In this document: positions 18,348 through 28,336 of the stretch, piece by piece | Layout: each line of letters starts with the position of its first letter | Numbering within the stretch: position 1 is the first letter of the stretch | Origin: Deltaproteobacteria bacterium | Lineage (GTDB): Bacteria > Myxococcota > Kuafuiibacteriia > Kuafuiibacteriales > Kuafuiibacteriaceae | Assembly (NCBI GenBank): GCA_040218735.1 | Contig: JAVJQW010000012.1 | Location: 320,001 to 384,000, forward strand | Direction of reading: 5' to 3' | DNA length: 64,000 nt | The notes under the pieces: model-generated | What the model saw: the letters and a program-made list of their open reading frames with translations, nothing else | What the model was told of the DNA's origin: nothing | Database searches by the model: none | Position numbers and translations under genes: made by a program

Positions 18348-19252
18348 GCGAGCATCGCGACGACGGTGAGCGCGCCGAGCAGCAGGCTCGACAGCCACAG
18401 GTGCGCGACCTGGAGCACCGGCGGGACTGCGAAGTACGCGAGGCCGAGGCCGGCGGCGGCTTGTCCGCCGACGAGCACGGCGCTGGCGGTGGAGAAACCG
18501 CGCAGCCACACGTCGCGCTCGGCGTGACGGAACACCATCCAGACCAGGCCGAGCACGGCGAGGGTGGTGAGGGCCGCGACCTGGCGGTGGACGATGTCGA
18601 TGGTGCCGAGCTGGGTGATCCACTCGGCGCGGGCGAGCTCGGTCTTGGCGAGCTCTTGGATGTCGCCGCGGACGAACGCACCGATGCCGACCTGGACGAG
18701 CGTCAGCGCGAACACGCCGAGCGCGGCGCGCCCGAGGGTGCGGCGCTCCTTCGACAGCGGGACGTCGACGCGTCCGCCGGGGAAGAACGCGGTGACGGTC
18801 GCGTAGAGGAGCAGGCTCACGATCACGAGCGCGAGTACGAGGTGCGCGGTGAGGACGAGCGAGTGGAGGCCGGAGCGGACGACTTGACCGCCGAGCCAGC
18901 CTTCGACGCCGACGAGCACGAACGACGCGACGGTCGGCCAGAAGACACGCGGTGACTTGCGGTGGTGACGCCAGGCGAGGACGAGCGTCGCGAAGATCAG
19001 GAAGCCGACGGTGACGCCGACGAGGCGGTTGACGTACTCGGTCCAGGCCTTCGCGAAGTTGAAGAGCGCCGGGTCGATGTGTGAAGGGACCTGGGAGACG
19101 TCGGTGGGTGGGATCCACCGGTCGAAGCAGCGCGGCCAGTCGGGGCAGCCGAGCCCGGCGCCGGCCGCGCGCACGAGGCCGCCGACGGCGATCAGCAGGT
19201 AGGTCGCGACGGTGGTCGACAGCGCGAGCTTCTGGAATCGGTCGAGCCGCAC
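18281..19252 (-). CDS. ctaA: Heme A synthase (COX15/CtaA family)
   Basis: GGLVRAAGAGLGCPDWPRC, WTEYVNR, IVHR, VAHL; about 8 TM helices. Confidence 0.88.
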   Translation of the reverse strand: MRLDRFQKLALSTTVATYLLIAVGGLVRAAGAGLGCPDWPRCFDRWIPPTDVSQVPSHIDPALFNFAKAWTEYVNRLVGVTVGFLIFATLVLAWRHHRKSPRVFWPTVASFVLVGVEGWLGGQVVRSGLHSLVLTAHLVLALVIVSLLLYATVTAFFPGGRVDVPLSKERRTLGRAALGVFALTLVQVGIGAFVRGDIQELAKTELARAEWITQLGTIDIVHRQVAALTTLAVLGLVWMVFRHAERDVWLRGFSTASAVLVGGQAAAGLGLAYFAVPPVLQVAHLWLSSLLLGALTVVAMLAYRVDPRWVMGDSRSQVNPSEK

Positions 19253-19295
19253 CGAGGACGTGATTGGCGATCCTCGGGCCCGGTGGCAAGCGATT

Positions 19296-19643
19296 TCAGC
19301 CTGCGGTGGGATCGTGGAGGGGCTTCTTCTCGGAGATGATCTGCGCGAGGAGCGCTTTCGAGTCCTCGTCGAGGTTCACGAACTGGATGCCCATGCCGCC
19401 GTCGTCACCGGGGATCACGCGGGCGACGCGCCCGAGGGCTTCGACGAGGCGGCGGCCGCCCTGGAGCATGAACTGCAGATAGATGTGCGTGCCGACCTCG
19501 CGGGTGTCGTCGGTGCGGATGAACATTCCGCCCATCGAGAGGTCTTCGGCGTACTCGGCGGAGAAGTCTTCGAACGAGTCGAAGCGGTACTGCACGAGCA
19601 CGTTCAGCGGGACTCGCGGAAACTGCCGGCGCTCGCTCCCCAT
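19296..19643 (-). CDS. PilZ domain protein (TIGR02266-like)
   Basis: ERRQFPR, DLSMGGMFI, GMGIQF. Confidence 0.88.
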   Translation of the reverse strand: MGSERRQFPRVPLNVLVQYRFDSFEDFSAEYAEDLSMGGMFIRTDDTREVGTHIYLQFMLQGGRRLVEALGRVARVIPGDDGGMGIQFVNLDEDSKALLAQIISEKKPLHDPTAG

Positions 19644-19692
19644 GTTCCCCAAGGCTGGCACGAAGCGGAGTCGGCGTCACGGTTGCGGTCCC

Positions 19693-20694
19693 CTAAGGGT
19701 CGAAGGCGCTGTCGAGTGCATCTTCGAGACTCAGGTCCTCGGCGACGGTGACGGGTTTGGCGGGTCGGCGGGCGTCGGGGCGTGACTCGCGACGGATCGC
19801 CGAGACGATCTCGGCGAGGACGTGTCGGCTCCGAGCGGGGTCGCGGCCCACCTCGAGGTCTTCGAGGGCGCGCAGGAACGCGGCGGCGTGCGGGTAGCGG
19901 TAGCGGACGTCCGGGAAGAGCGCGCGGCGGAGGACGCGGACGAGGCCGTCGGGGACACCGGTGCGGACGGTCTCGATGCCGGGGACGGCGCCGTGCTCGA
20001 CGGCGGAGAGGATCTCTTCGAGCTCCATCGATTCGAAGACGCGCTCGCCGGCGAGGAGCTCCCAGAGGACGACGGCGGTGGAGTAGATGTCGGCGCGCAG
20101 GTCGAACTGATCGCCGCGGGCTTGTTCGGGGGCGCGGTAGCGGATCTTGCCGCCGGGGGCGACGCCTTCCATCGCGACCATGCCTTCGCTCTTGGCCATG
20201 CCGAAGTCGAGGAGCTTCACCTCGCCGCCGACGTTCACCATGACGTTGGCGGGCGCGATGTCGCAGTGGAGGAGGCCGAGGGGGTGGCCTTCGTCGTCGG
20301 TGAGGCGGTGGACGTAGTCGAGCGCGACGAGGATCTCCTTGGCGATGTGGACGCACTCGTCGATGCCGAGGCGGCGTTCGTGTTGTTCGAGCACACGTTC
20401 GAGGCGGAAGACGTCGACGCCTTCGACGTACTCGAGCACGACGCCCCAGTCTTCGCCGAAGCGCTCGAGGTTGAGGATCTGGACGATGTTGCCGTGGGTG
20501 AGTCGGGCGGCGAGGCGGGCTTCGTCGATGAGCGACTGCACGAGCTCGGCGCTCTGCGCGTACTCGGGGAGGATGCGTTTGATCGCGACGATCTTCTCGA
20601 AGCCACCGGCGCCGGCCATGCGTGCGCGATAGATCTCACCGACGCCGCCGGCCGCGATGCGTTCGAGGAGTTGGTAGGGGCCGAAGGTCTCCAC
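19693..20694 (-). CDS. Hanks-type Ser/Thr protein kinase
   Basis: IAAGGVGEIY, VAIKRI, HCDIAPAN, DFG, GKIRYRAPEQ. Confidence 0.9.
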   Translation of the reverse strand: METFGPYQLLERIAAGGVGEIYRARMAGAGGFEKIVAIKRILPEYAQSAELVQSLIDEARLAARLTHGNIVQILNLERFGEDWGVVLEYVEGVDVFRLERVLEQHERRLGIDECVHIAKEILVALDYVHRLTDDEGHPLGLLHCDIAPANVMVNVGGEVKLLDFGMAKSEGMVAMEGVAPGGKIRYRAPEQARGDQFDLRADIYSTAVVLWELLAGERVFESMELEEILSAVEHGAVPGIETVRTGVPDGLVRVLRRALFPDVRYRYPHAAAFLRALEDLEVGRDPARSRHVLAEIVSAIRRESRPDARRPAKPVTVAEDLSLEDALDSAFDP

Positions 20695-20859
20695 CGCGGC
20701 CGACGCTACCCACGGGCCGGGGCTTTGGCCATCGGGCGGAGCGTCGTCCGATAATCGGACCTGGTTTTCGAAAGTCGGACGATTCGTTCGACATTCGGAC
20801 GAATCGCGGCGCGCGGCGGCACGGTTCGCTTGGCCCGTTCCTTGTTAGTGCGTCGCCCC

Positions 20860-21198
20860 ATGCACAAGGCCCTACGGGGGCTCGCCCTCGCGTTCGTCCT
20901 GCAGACCGGGACGGCGCTCGCGGCGGAGCCCGTCGACAAGCTCGATCTGAACACGGCGACCATCGCGCAGCTCGTGAAGCTGCCGGGGGTCGGCCCGAAG
21001 CGCGCGGACGCGATCGTGAAGCTACGCGAGCGCGTCCCGTTTCGACGCGTGCGTGATCTGCTACGCGTCCGCGGGATCGGGAGGAAGTCGCTCGCGCGGT
21101 TGAGGCCGCTGGTGCGGGTCGCTCCGCCGAAGGTGATCAAACCGCGCCGTGCAGCGCGACGCCGAGGACGAACACCGCAGCGAAGAAGATCAGACTGA
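20860..21198 (+). CDS. comEA: ComEA-like helix-hairpin-helix DNA-binding protein
   Basis: Signal peptide; LDLNTATIAQLVKLPGVGPKRA...DLLRVRGIG. Confidence 0.85.
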   Translation: MHKALRGLALAFVLQTGTALAAEPVDKLDLNTATIAQLVKLPGVGPKRADAIVKLRERVPFRRVRDLLRVRGIGRKSLARLRPLVRVAPPKVIKPRRAARRRGRTPQRRRSD

Positions 21199-22882
21199 CG
21201 GCGACGGGGAGCGTCCACGTGCGGTCGTCCGGCATCGACATCACCGAGGTCGGGAGGAGCGGACGCGGCGTCGGATCCGGGCGCGCGGAGACGACGTGCC
21301 ACGGCGCCGACCTCCGCGTCGGCGCGGCGCTTTGGGGACGTGAAGGCGCTCGGGTCTCGACCGACGCCCTCGGCGAAGACGGCCGCCGCGTGACGGCGGC
21401 GTCGTCGGGTTCGAGCCGGATCTGCAGCGGCATCGTGGGGAGCACCGCGCCGGTCGGCGCGATGGTCTCGGGTTCGTCGCAGACGTTCGGCGGCGGCGGA
21501 TAGACGATCGCCTCCGTCACGGCCGCGAGGAGATCCGCGTCGGCGACGGTCGCCGAGCCAAGCGAGCGCCGCGCGGGGATCGGCGGCGCGTCGAGGCCTG
21601 CGTCGGTGACGGCGTCGAGGCTGCGGAAGTCGGGGCAGTCGTCCGGCAGCGGAGGCGTCACGAGCGTGCCGAGGTCCGGGGGCGCGACGTCGTCCGTCTT
21701 GGTGACGTCGATGACGAGCTCCAGCTCCGTCGGCGCTGCGAGCGCGAGCGGGTAGATGCCGCCGTGCTCGCCGGTTCGGGTCTCGTCGATCGCGGGGTCG
21801 ATGTCGAGGTCAGCGCAGAGGACAGCGGGGTCGGGGGGTGGGGGGGAGGGGGGGCCCTGGTCGGTGACGTCGATGTCCGGGTGCAGCGCGATCGGCTTCG
21901 TGCGCTCCTCGATGTACGCCGGCACCTTCGGCAGGCTGTCCGCCACGACCTTCGCGCCTTCGGAGCGCGGCGCCCACCCCGACGGGAGCACCCGCACGAG
22001 CAGCGCGCGCACCGCATCGAGCGTCGGGCGATCCTGCGGCGCCCGCGCGAGGCACGCCTGGACCATCTCGAGGATCGCCTCGCGCTCGGGCGTGCCGGCC
22101 GGCAGCGCGAGGTCCGGGACGTGCCCGCGCAGCTTGGCGCGCACGGTCTCGTGGATCTTGTTCGCCGGAAACACGCGTCGCCCCGCGAGCAGCTCGTAGA
22201 GCACCTCGCCGATCGCGTAGACGTCGGTCGCAAACGACGGCTCCGGGCGACGCATGATCTGCTCCGGCGCCATGTACGCCGGCGTCCCGAGCATCATCCC
22301 CGTCGCGGTCCGGCCCGACGCCTGCGCGAGCTTCGCGATGCCGAAGTCGACGAGCTTGAGGGTCGGCGTGTCCTCACACACGTCGGGGTGCTTCGTGAGG
22401 AGGAGGTTGCCCGGCTTCAGGTCACGGTGGATGACGCCGGCCCGGTGCGCCGCCGCCGTCGCCTCGACGAGCTGAATCGCGATCGCGATCGCGTGCTCGA
22501 AACGGAACGCCCGCCCGCGCAGCTGCATCAGGCTGGGCCCTTCGACGAGCTCCATCACCAGCGCGACGCGACGCGGCTCGTCCGAGGACACGAAGTCGAA
22601 GATGTCGACGATGTTCGGGTGCCGGATGTCGTTGACGATCCGCGCCTCCGTCAGGAGACGCGCCACGACCGTCGAGTTCGACACTAGCTCGGGCGACAGC
22701 ACCTTCACGGCGGCCGGCCGCCCCAGCAGCGCGTGGCGCGCGAGGAAGACGTGCGCCGTCGAGCCCATCGCGAGCAGCTGCTCCAGCGCGTAACCGCCGA
22801 TGACTTCCCCGGGCTTGGCGATCCAACTTCGATCGGTGCGGACCATGACCGCGAGTATTCGCAAGTCGTCCTCCGGGATCAC
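21137..22882 (-). CDS. Membrane-anchored Ser/Thr protein kinase
   Basis: AAVKVL, HRDLKPGN, DFG, GTPAYMAPE; Pro/Asp-rich linker; C-terminal TM. Confidence 0.9.
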   Translation of the reverse strand: MIPEDDLRILAVMVRTDRSWIAKPGEVIGGYALEQLLAMGSTAHVFLARHALLGRPAAVKVLSPELVSNSTVVARLLTEARIVNDIRHPNIVDIFDFVSSDEPRRVALVMELVEGPSLMQLRGRAFRFEHAIAIAIQLVEATAAAHRAGVIHRDLKPGNLLLTKHPDVCEDTPTLKLVDFGIAKLAQASGRTATGMMLGTPAYMAPEQIMRRPEPSFATDVYAIGEVLYELLAGRRVFPANKIHETVRAKLRGHVPDLALPAGTPEREAILEMVQACLARAPQDRPTLDAVRALLVRVLPSGWAPRSEGAKVVADSLPKVPAYIEERTKPIALHPDIDVTDQGPPSPPPPDPAVLCADLDIDPAIDETRTGEHGGIYPLALAAPTELELVIDVTKTDDVAPPDLGTLVTPPLPDDCPDFRSLDAVTDAGLDAPPIPARRSLGSATVADADLLAAVTEAIVYPPPPNVCDEPETIAPTGAVLPTMPLQIRLEPDDAAVTRRPSSPRASVETRAPSRPQSAAPTRRSAPWHVVSARPDPTPRPLLPTSVMSMPDDRTWTLPVAVSLIFFAAVFVLGVALHGAV

Positions 22883-22914
22883 TTGCGAACGCTTGCACGC
22901 GCTCTAGAGCGCGA

Positions 22915-24375
22915 TCACAGGGTCTTGAGGTACTCGATCACGGCCGCCCGTTGTGCCGAGGTCAGCACGTCACCAAAGGTGTGACCCTGGTTGCCGTGGC
23001 CCGGGAGCGTCGTGTCGTAGATCGGCGGGCGCTCGGCGGGGTTCGTGATCTCGCGGTGGCCTCGGTCGCTCGCCGTCCACTGCCAACCGAGTCGATCGTA
23101 GTCGTAGTCCGCGTCGTCGAAGGTGCGCGTCCAGTACGTCGGGCGCGACGTGCTGTCGAGGAGCGTCTCCAGGTCCGGCACCGAGCCGTTGTGCAGATAC
23201 GGCGCCGTGATCCACACGCCGTCGAGCGGCGGCGCGACGTAACCCTCCGCCGGGATCAGCGAAGCGATCTGTCCGTAGAAGGACGCCTCGAACCAGTCGA
23301 CGAAGCGCTCCGCGAGCTGCGCCGTTCCGGCGGCGAGCATCGGATCCGTCCCGATCTCATCGAGCCCGACGACCAAGTTCGGGTACGTCTCCTCCTCGCC
23401 GTACGTTCCGTGGCAACGCGAGCAGTACGTGTCGAAGTACGTCTGGCCCTCCGCCGCGAGCTGCGCGTCGACCGTGCGGGGAAAGGCCGGCGGCTCGAGG
23501 CTCGCAATGTACGCGCGCACGTCCGGGAAGTACGCGTCGATCGCGTTCGCCTCCTCGACGCTGTCCACGCACAGCACCGACGCCGTCATCATGATCCGCG
23601 CGTGATCCTCGCGCCCCGCCGCGCTGTAGAACATCGCGTTCTTCTTCTTCATCCGCCACCACGGCGGCACGTCGACCGGGAGCGGCGTTCGCTCCGGGAC
23701 CTCGAGCGCCGGCTCGTCCAACCACGCGAGGGTGTCGGCGTCGCGGTGCGCGAAGAGGATCGCCGCGAGGTTGTCGGCGGGGTTCGTTCCGATCACCTGC
23801 GTCTGGATGAACGGCGCGGTCGTCACGATGCGGTCGCGCCACTTCTCGTACTCGGCGCGCTCGGCTGGGTCGTTCGACACCAAGATGCCCGCGGCCTGGG
23901 CGAACATCGACGGATCCGCGGTGAAGTTGCGCAGCGAATCACCGAGCCCCATCACGACCTCGCCGTCGAACACCCCCGCGTGACACGTCAGACAGTTCGA
24001 CGACACCACCGTCACGCTGCTCGTCGTCACGAACGCGTTGAAGTCGTACGGCAGATCCGCGTTGAGCGCGTCGCGCCCCGGGAGCTTGCGCGAAGCCGGC
24101 GTCCCGCCGAACACCTGGTCGAAGGCCGCCTTCGGCACGCCGCATCCGACGTACCCGCGATTCACCAACGCCTCGTAGCCGACCTGCGGATCACCGGGCC
24201 GCTGCGTGTACTCGGGGATCGGACCGATCAACGAACCTCCGTCCCGCGGCGCGGGTCCGGCGTCGCGCGTGCCTGCGTCGGCGACACCGGCGTCGCGGGT
24301 CACGCCGTCGTCGTCGGACGAGGAAGCGTCACAAGCGATCAGCGCCAACGAACACCACACCACCGCGCGACGCAT
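22915..24375 (-). CDS. Di-heme c-type cytochrome lipoprotein (RoxA/MauG-CcP-like)
   Basis: Start MRRAVVWCSLALIAC (lipobox); CLTCH and CSRCH heme motifs; GYVAPPLDGVWITAPYLHNGSVP; GNQGHTFG. Confidence 0.85.
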   Translation of the reverse strand: MRRAVVWCSLALIACDASSSDDDGVTRDAGVADAGTRDAGPAPRDGGSLIGPIPEYTQRPGDPQVGYEALVNRGYVGCGVPKAAFDQVFGGTPASRKLPGRDALNADLPYDFNAFVTTSSVTVVSSNCLTCHAGVFDGEVVMGLGDSLRNFTADPSMFAQAAGILVSNDPAERAEYEKWRDRIVTTAPFIQTQVIGTNPADNLAAILFAHRDADTLAWLDEPALEVPERTPLPVDVPPWWRMKKKNAMFYSAAGREDHARIMMTASVLCVDSVEEANAIDAYFPDVRAYIASLEPPAFPRTVDAQLAAEGQTYFDTYCSRCHGTYGEEETYPNLVVGLDEIGTDPMLAAGTAQLAERFVDWFEASFYGQIASLIPAEGYVAPPLDGVWITAPYLHNGSVPDLETLLDSTSRPTYWTRTFDDADYDYDRLGWQWTASDRGHREITNPAERPPIYDTTLPGHGNQGHTFGDVLTSAQRAAVIEYLKTL

Positions 24376-25559
24376 CACGCACCTCCCATCGCGCGGCGCT
24401 CCGCGATCCGCAGGAACATCTGCACGCCCGTCGCGATCAGATCGTCGTCGAAGTCGAAGTCGGGGTGGTGGCACACGGGCGTCTTCTCCTCGCCCCGCTT
24501 GGCGCCCAGGAAGAAGTACGCGCCGCGCGTGGCCTCGCAGAAGTAGGCGAAGTCTTCGCCCCCCGCCATCGGCAGGTCGTCGCTCTTCACGTGCTCCGAA
24601 CCCACGACCTCGGCGGCCACTTCCCTTACGACTTCGGCGCACGTCGAATCGTTCATCAGGACCGGGTAGCCCGTGATGATGTTCGTCTCGATCGAGACGC
24701 CGTGGGTCGCGGCCACGCCGTTCACCACCGCGTGGAGCCGCTCGAGCACGCGCTCCGTGACGTTCGGATCGAAGGTGCGGATCGTGCCCTTCAAGTGCGC
24801 GACGTCCGGGATGATGTTGTCCGCCTTGCCGGCGTGCATCGCGCCGACGGAGACGACCGCCTGGTCGTCGTACGCGATCGATCGCGACACGATGGTCTGC
24901 AGCGCGACGATCAGGTGCGCGCTCGCGACGATCGGATCGACGCACAGCTGCGGCTGGCTCCCGTGTCCGCCGACGCCGCGCACCGTGAGCTCGAACGTGT
25001 GGACCTGCGCCATCAGCGCGCCGGCCTTCACGCGGACCTCCCCCTTCGGATAACCGGGCCAGTTGTGCAGCCCGTAGACCTCCGCGACGCGCTCCACCGC
25101 GCCCTCCTCGACCATCACGCGCGCACCGCCGCCGCGCACGCCCTCCTCCGCGGGTTGGAAGATCAAGCGGACGGGTCGAGTCAGCGCGTCGGCGTGTTTC
25201 GCGAGTACCGCCGCAACGCCCATGAGGATTGTCGTATGCCCGTCGTGGCCGCACTTGTGTGCACGCCCGTCGTGCACCGAGCGGTAAGGCAGGTCGGTGT
25301 GTTCCTGCATGGGCAGACAGTCGAGATCCGCACGGAACGCGATCGCTTCCCCCGGACGATCCGCACCGAGATCCGCGACGAGGCCCGTCTCGGCCGAAAC
25401 CCGCGGCGCGTAGCCGTGCTGCTCGAGCCAAGCGCGCACCTTCGCCTGCGTGCGGTGCTCCTCGAAGCCGAGCTCCGGGTGTCGGTGGATGTCGTGGCGG
25501 ATCGCCACGAGCTCGGGGAGGAGCGCTTCGATCTGAGACGACCAGTCGGGCTTCGGCAT
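24375..25559 (-). CDS. M20D family amidohydrolase
   Basis: HRHPELGFEE, FRADLDCLP, HKCGHDGH, FQPAEEG, GEDF, HHPDFD; start reassigned to MPKPDW. Confidence 0.92.
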   Translation of the reverse strand: MPKPDWSSQIEALLPELVAIRHDIHRHPELGFEEHRTQAKVRAWLEQHGYAPRVSAETGLVADLGADRPGEAIAFRADLDCLPMQEHTDLPYRSVHDGRAHKCGHDGHTTILMGVAAVLAKHADALTRPVRLIFQPAEEGVRGGGARVMVEEGAVERVAEVYGLHNWPGYPKGEVRVKAGALMAQVHTFELTVRGVGGHGSQPQLCVDPIVASAHLIVALQTIVSRSIAYDDQAVVSVGAMHAGKADNIIPDVAHLKGTIRTFDPNVTERVLERLHAVVNGVAATHGVSIETNIITGYPVLMNDSTCAEVVREVAAEVVGSEHVKSDDLPMAGGEDFAYFCEATRGAYFFLGAKRGEEKTPVCHHPDFDFDDDLIATGVQMFLRIAERRAMGGA

Positions 25560-25577
25560 CGCCCGTAGGTAGTACGT

Positions 25578-26651
25578 TTGGGCGCCGATGGGGAACCGCC
25601 TGTGGTAGAACCAGACGAGGGGGATTCGTTGGGGGGCACGACCGATGTCGACCCGTCGGACGACGCGTCCGACGATCTGACCGTAACGCAGGTGACCGAG
25701 CTCCCGTCGGCCGCGCCGCCGCAGGACCCGAGCCTCGTCACGCCGACGGGGGACTTCGCGCTCCCACCGTCGCCGCAGCCGAGCCGCGACGACATCTCGC
25801 TGCTCGTCCTCTCCGGACCGTGCGCCGGCCTCTACAAGAAGGTCCCCGACGCCGGCGGCGTCATCGGCCGCGACCCGGACGTCGAGATCCCGCTGGTCGA
25901 CCCCGGCATCTCGCGCGAGCACGCGCTCCTCGAGCGCAACGCGGACGGCGGCTTCTCGCTCGTGGACCTCGACAGCCGCTACGGCGTCTACGTCGAAGGC
26001 GAACAGGTGAAGTCACGCGTGCTCGCCGACGGCGACCGTGTCCAGCTCTCGGGCGAGACCGTCCTGCGCGTGCGTTATCAGGACGAACGCGAGAGCGAGC
26101 TGCTCGCGCGGATGCAAGAGACGTTGACGCGCGACGCGCTCACCTCGGTGCACAACCGACGCTACTTCCTCGAGCGTCTCGAGCAGGAGTACGCGTACGC
26201 GCGGCGACACCGGGCGCTGCTGTCGTTGATGCTGGTGGACGTCGACTACTTCAAACGCATCAACGACGAGTACGGGCACCTGCACGGCGACCAAGTCCTC
26301 GCGCACATCGGTCACACGCTCCGCAAAGCGGTCCGCACCGAGGACCTCGTCGGTCGTTACGGCGGCGACGAATTCGTCATCGCGACGCGCCTCGACGAGA
26401 AGGCGGCGGTCGCGTTCGCGCAGCGCCTCTCGCGCATCATCCGCGACCGCCCCGCGATGGTCGGGGGTGACACGCTGCACCTGTCGGTCTCGATCGGCGT
26501 ATGCACGCTGACGCATCCGCAGCCGAAGGACCCGCCGGCGCCGACGATGATGGAGCTGGTGAGCCGCGCGGACTCCGCGCTGTACGACGCCAAGCGCCAG
26601 GGCCGCGATCGCGTCGCGGTGTGGGCTCGACAAAACACGAACGGCGCGTAA
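25578..26651 (+). CDS. FHA-GGDEF diguanylate cyclase
   Basis: FHA motifs IGR, ISREHA, SRYGV; RxxD I-site (RTED) and RYGGDEF. Confidence 0.92.
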   Translation: MGADGEPPVVEPDEGDSLGGTTDVDPSDDASDDLTVTQVTELPSAAPPQDPSLVTPTGDFALPPSPQPSRDDISLLVLSGPCAGLYKKVPDAGGVIGRDPDVEIPLVDPGISREHALLERNADGGFSLVDLDSRYGVYVEGEQVKSRVLADGDRVQLSGETVLRVRYQDERESELLARMQETLTRDALTSVHNRRYFLERLEQEYAYARRHRALLSLMLVDVDYFKRINDEYGHLHGDQVLAHIGHTLRKAVRTEDLVGRYGGDEFVIATRLDEKAAVAFAQRLSRIIRDRPAMVGGDTLHLSVSIGVCTLTHPQPKDPPAPTMMELVSRADSALYDAKRQGRDRVAVWARQNTNGA

Positions 26652-26662
26652 TACGCCCCTCC

Positions 26663-28213
26663 GTGGATCTCACCCGGCGAACGATCGTCGAGCTCTTGCG
26701 CCTCCAGAAGGAAGGCGAAGCCTCCTCCGAAGCGATCGTCCGCGCGCACCTGGATCGAATCGAGGCCGTCAACCCGAGCGTCAACGCGCTCGTGCACGTG
26801 TTCGCGGACAAGGCGCTCGCCGCCGCGAAGATCGCCGACGACATGCGCGCGAAGGGCAAGTCGCTCGGCCCGCTCCACGGCGTGCCGGTGACGATCAAGG
26901 AGTCGATCATGACCCGCGGCGTCGACGTGACGCTCGGCGTGAAGTCGCGGCGCGGCGATCCGGCGGAAGACGACGCGACGGTGGTGAAGCTCCTCGCGCG
27001 CGCGGGCGCGATCGTGCTCGGCAAGGGGAACGTGTCGCAGCTGCTCTTGTTCCAGGAGGCCGACAACCCGATCTGGGGCCGCACCAACAACCCGTGGAAG
27101 GCGGACCGCGTGCCGGGCGGGAGCAGCGGCGGTGACGCGGCGGCGATCGCGGCGGGGCTGACGCCGTTCGCGGTGGGCACGGACATCGGCGGATCGATCC
27201 GGGTGCCGGCGGCGTTCAACGGCATCTTCGGGATCAAGCCGACGGTGGATCGCTGGTCGATGTCGGGGTGCGTGGGATCGATGGCGGGTCAGGAGGTGGT
27301 GCGCGCGCAGTGCGGTCCGATGGCCCGCAGCACGGCGGACCTGTCGCTCGTGATGCGCGCGATCGACAGCTACCTGCACACGCCCTACGACGCGCGCGTC
27401 CCGCCGATCTCCACCGCGGATCCGCGGCGCGTCGACCTGACGAACCTGCGTGTCGGCGTATACGAGGACGACGGCTTCTTCACGCCCGCTTCATCGGTGC
27501 AGCGCGCCGTGCGGCAAGCGGCGGTCGCGCTCAAGGCGCGCGGCGTCGAGGTCGTGCCCTTCACGCCGCCCGCGCCGGTCGAGGTCGTCTACACGTACTT
27601 CGCGGCGCTCGCGAGCGACGGCGGACGCACCGTCGACAAGTTCCTGCGCGGCGACGCCGTCGTGCCGCAGCTGAAGAAGCTACGCACCATGGCGAAGCTC
27701 CCCGGCTTCCTACGCGACACCGTGGCGGCCTTCCTCGCCTCGTCCGGCGAGCTGCGCCTCGAGCGCCTCTTACGCGTCGGCCGCGAAAAGCGCGTGTCGG
27801 AGGTCTGGGAGATCGTCGCGGAGCGCAACCGCTTGCGCGAGGAGGTGCTGCTCGGCTGGAGCGCCGCCGGCATCGACGCCGTGCTGTGCCCGGTGCACCC
27901 CACCCCGCCCATGCTCCACGGCCAAACCGAAGAGTTCAGCCTCGGGGGCGCCTACGCGATGCGCTACAACTTCCTCGACTTCCCGGCCGGCGTCGTGCCC
28001 GTGACCCGGGTCCGCAAGGACGAGGGCCCCCGCACCGACATCAACGACCGCCTCGACCGCGTCGCCGCCCGCGCCGAGACCGACGCGACGGGCCTCCCGC
28101 TCGCGGTGCAGGTCGTCACGCGCCCGTTCCAGGAGACGCTGTTGATGGCGGTGATGGGATCGCTGGAGGCGGCGCTGCGGGGGAACGAGGACTACCCGCT
28201 CACGCCGGTGTAA
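26663..28213 (+). CDS. Amidase-signature family enzyme (FAAH-like)
   Basis: GPLHGVPVTIKE, PGGSSGG, GTDIGGSIRVPA; start reassigned to GTG 26663. Confidence 0.9.
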   Translation: MDLTRRTIVELLRLQKEGEASSEAIVRAHLDRIEAVNPSVNALVHVFADKALAAAKIADDMRAKGKSLGPLHGVPVTIKESIMTRGVDVTLGVKSRRGDPAEDDATVVKLLARAGAIVLGKGNVSQLLLFQEADNPIWGRTNNPWKADRVPGGSSGGDAAAIAAGLTPFAVGTDIGGSIRVPAAFNGIFGIKPTVDRWSMSGCVGSMAGQEVVRAQCGPMARSTADLSLVMRAIDSYLHTPYDARVPPISTADPRRVDLTNLRVGVYEDDGFFTPASSVQRAVRQAAVALKARGVEVVPFTPPAPVEVVYTYFAALASDGGRTVDKFLRGDAVVPQLKKLRTMAKLPGFLRDTVAAFLASSGELRLERLLRVGREKRVSEVWEIVAERNRLREEVLLGWSAAGIDAVLCPVHPTPPMLHGQTEEFSLGGAYAMRYNFLDFPAGVVPVTRVRKDEGPRTDINDRLDRVAARAETDATGLPLAVQVVTRPFQETLLMAVMGSLEAALRGNEDYPLTPV

Positions 28214-28222
28214 GCCAGGCGC

Positions 28223-28289
28223 CCGGTCCGGGTCCCGGTACCGGTCCGGGTCCCGAATCCGAGTCGCCACCCGAATCCGATTCCGATCA
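28223..28289. repeat. Intergenic degenerate hexamer repeat (CCGRDY-like)
   Basis: ccggtc cgggtc ccggta ccggtc cgggtc ccgaat ccgagt ... ccgaat ccgatt ccgatc. Confidence 0.6.
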
Positions 28290-28336
28290 GGGAATCAGAG
28301 CGATCGAAACCGGGCCCGGGGAAGGCGAATTGAGAT

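Noticed and set aside
21825-21856. G-rich run as possible G-quadruplex
   Set aside because: Explained by Pro codons (PPSPPPPDP) in the kinase linker on the opposite strand
24376-25431. N-terminal extension of the 838-aa ORF (similar extensions in ORFs 3485, 8483, 41381, 44353, 47526, 49432)
   Set aside because: Alternative-frame overlap with the real upstream gene; true starts were reassigned downstream
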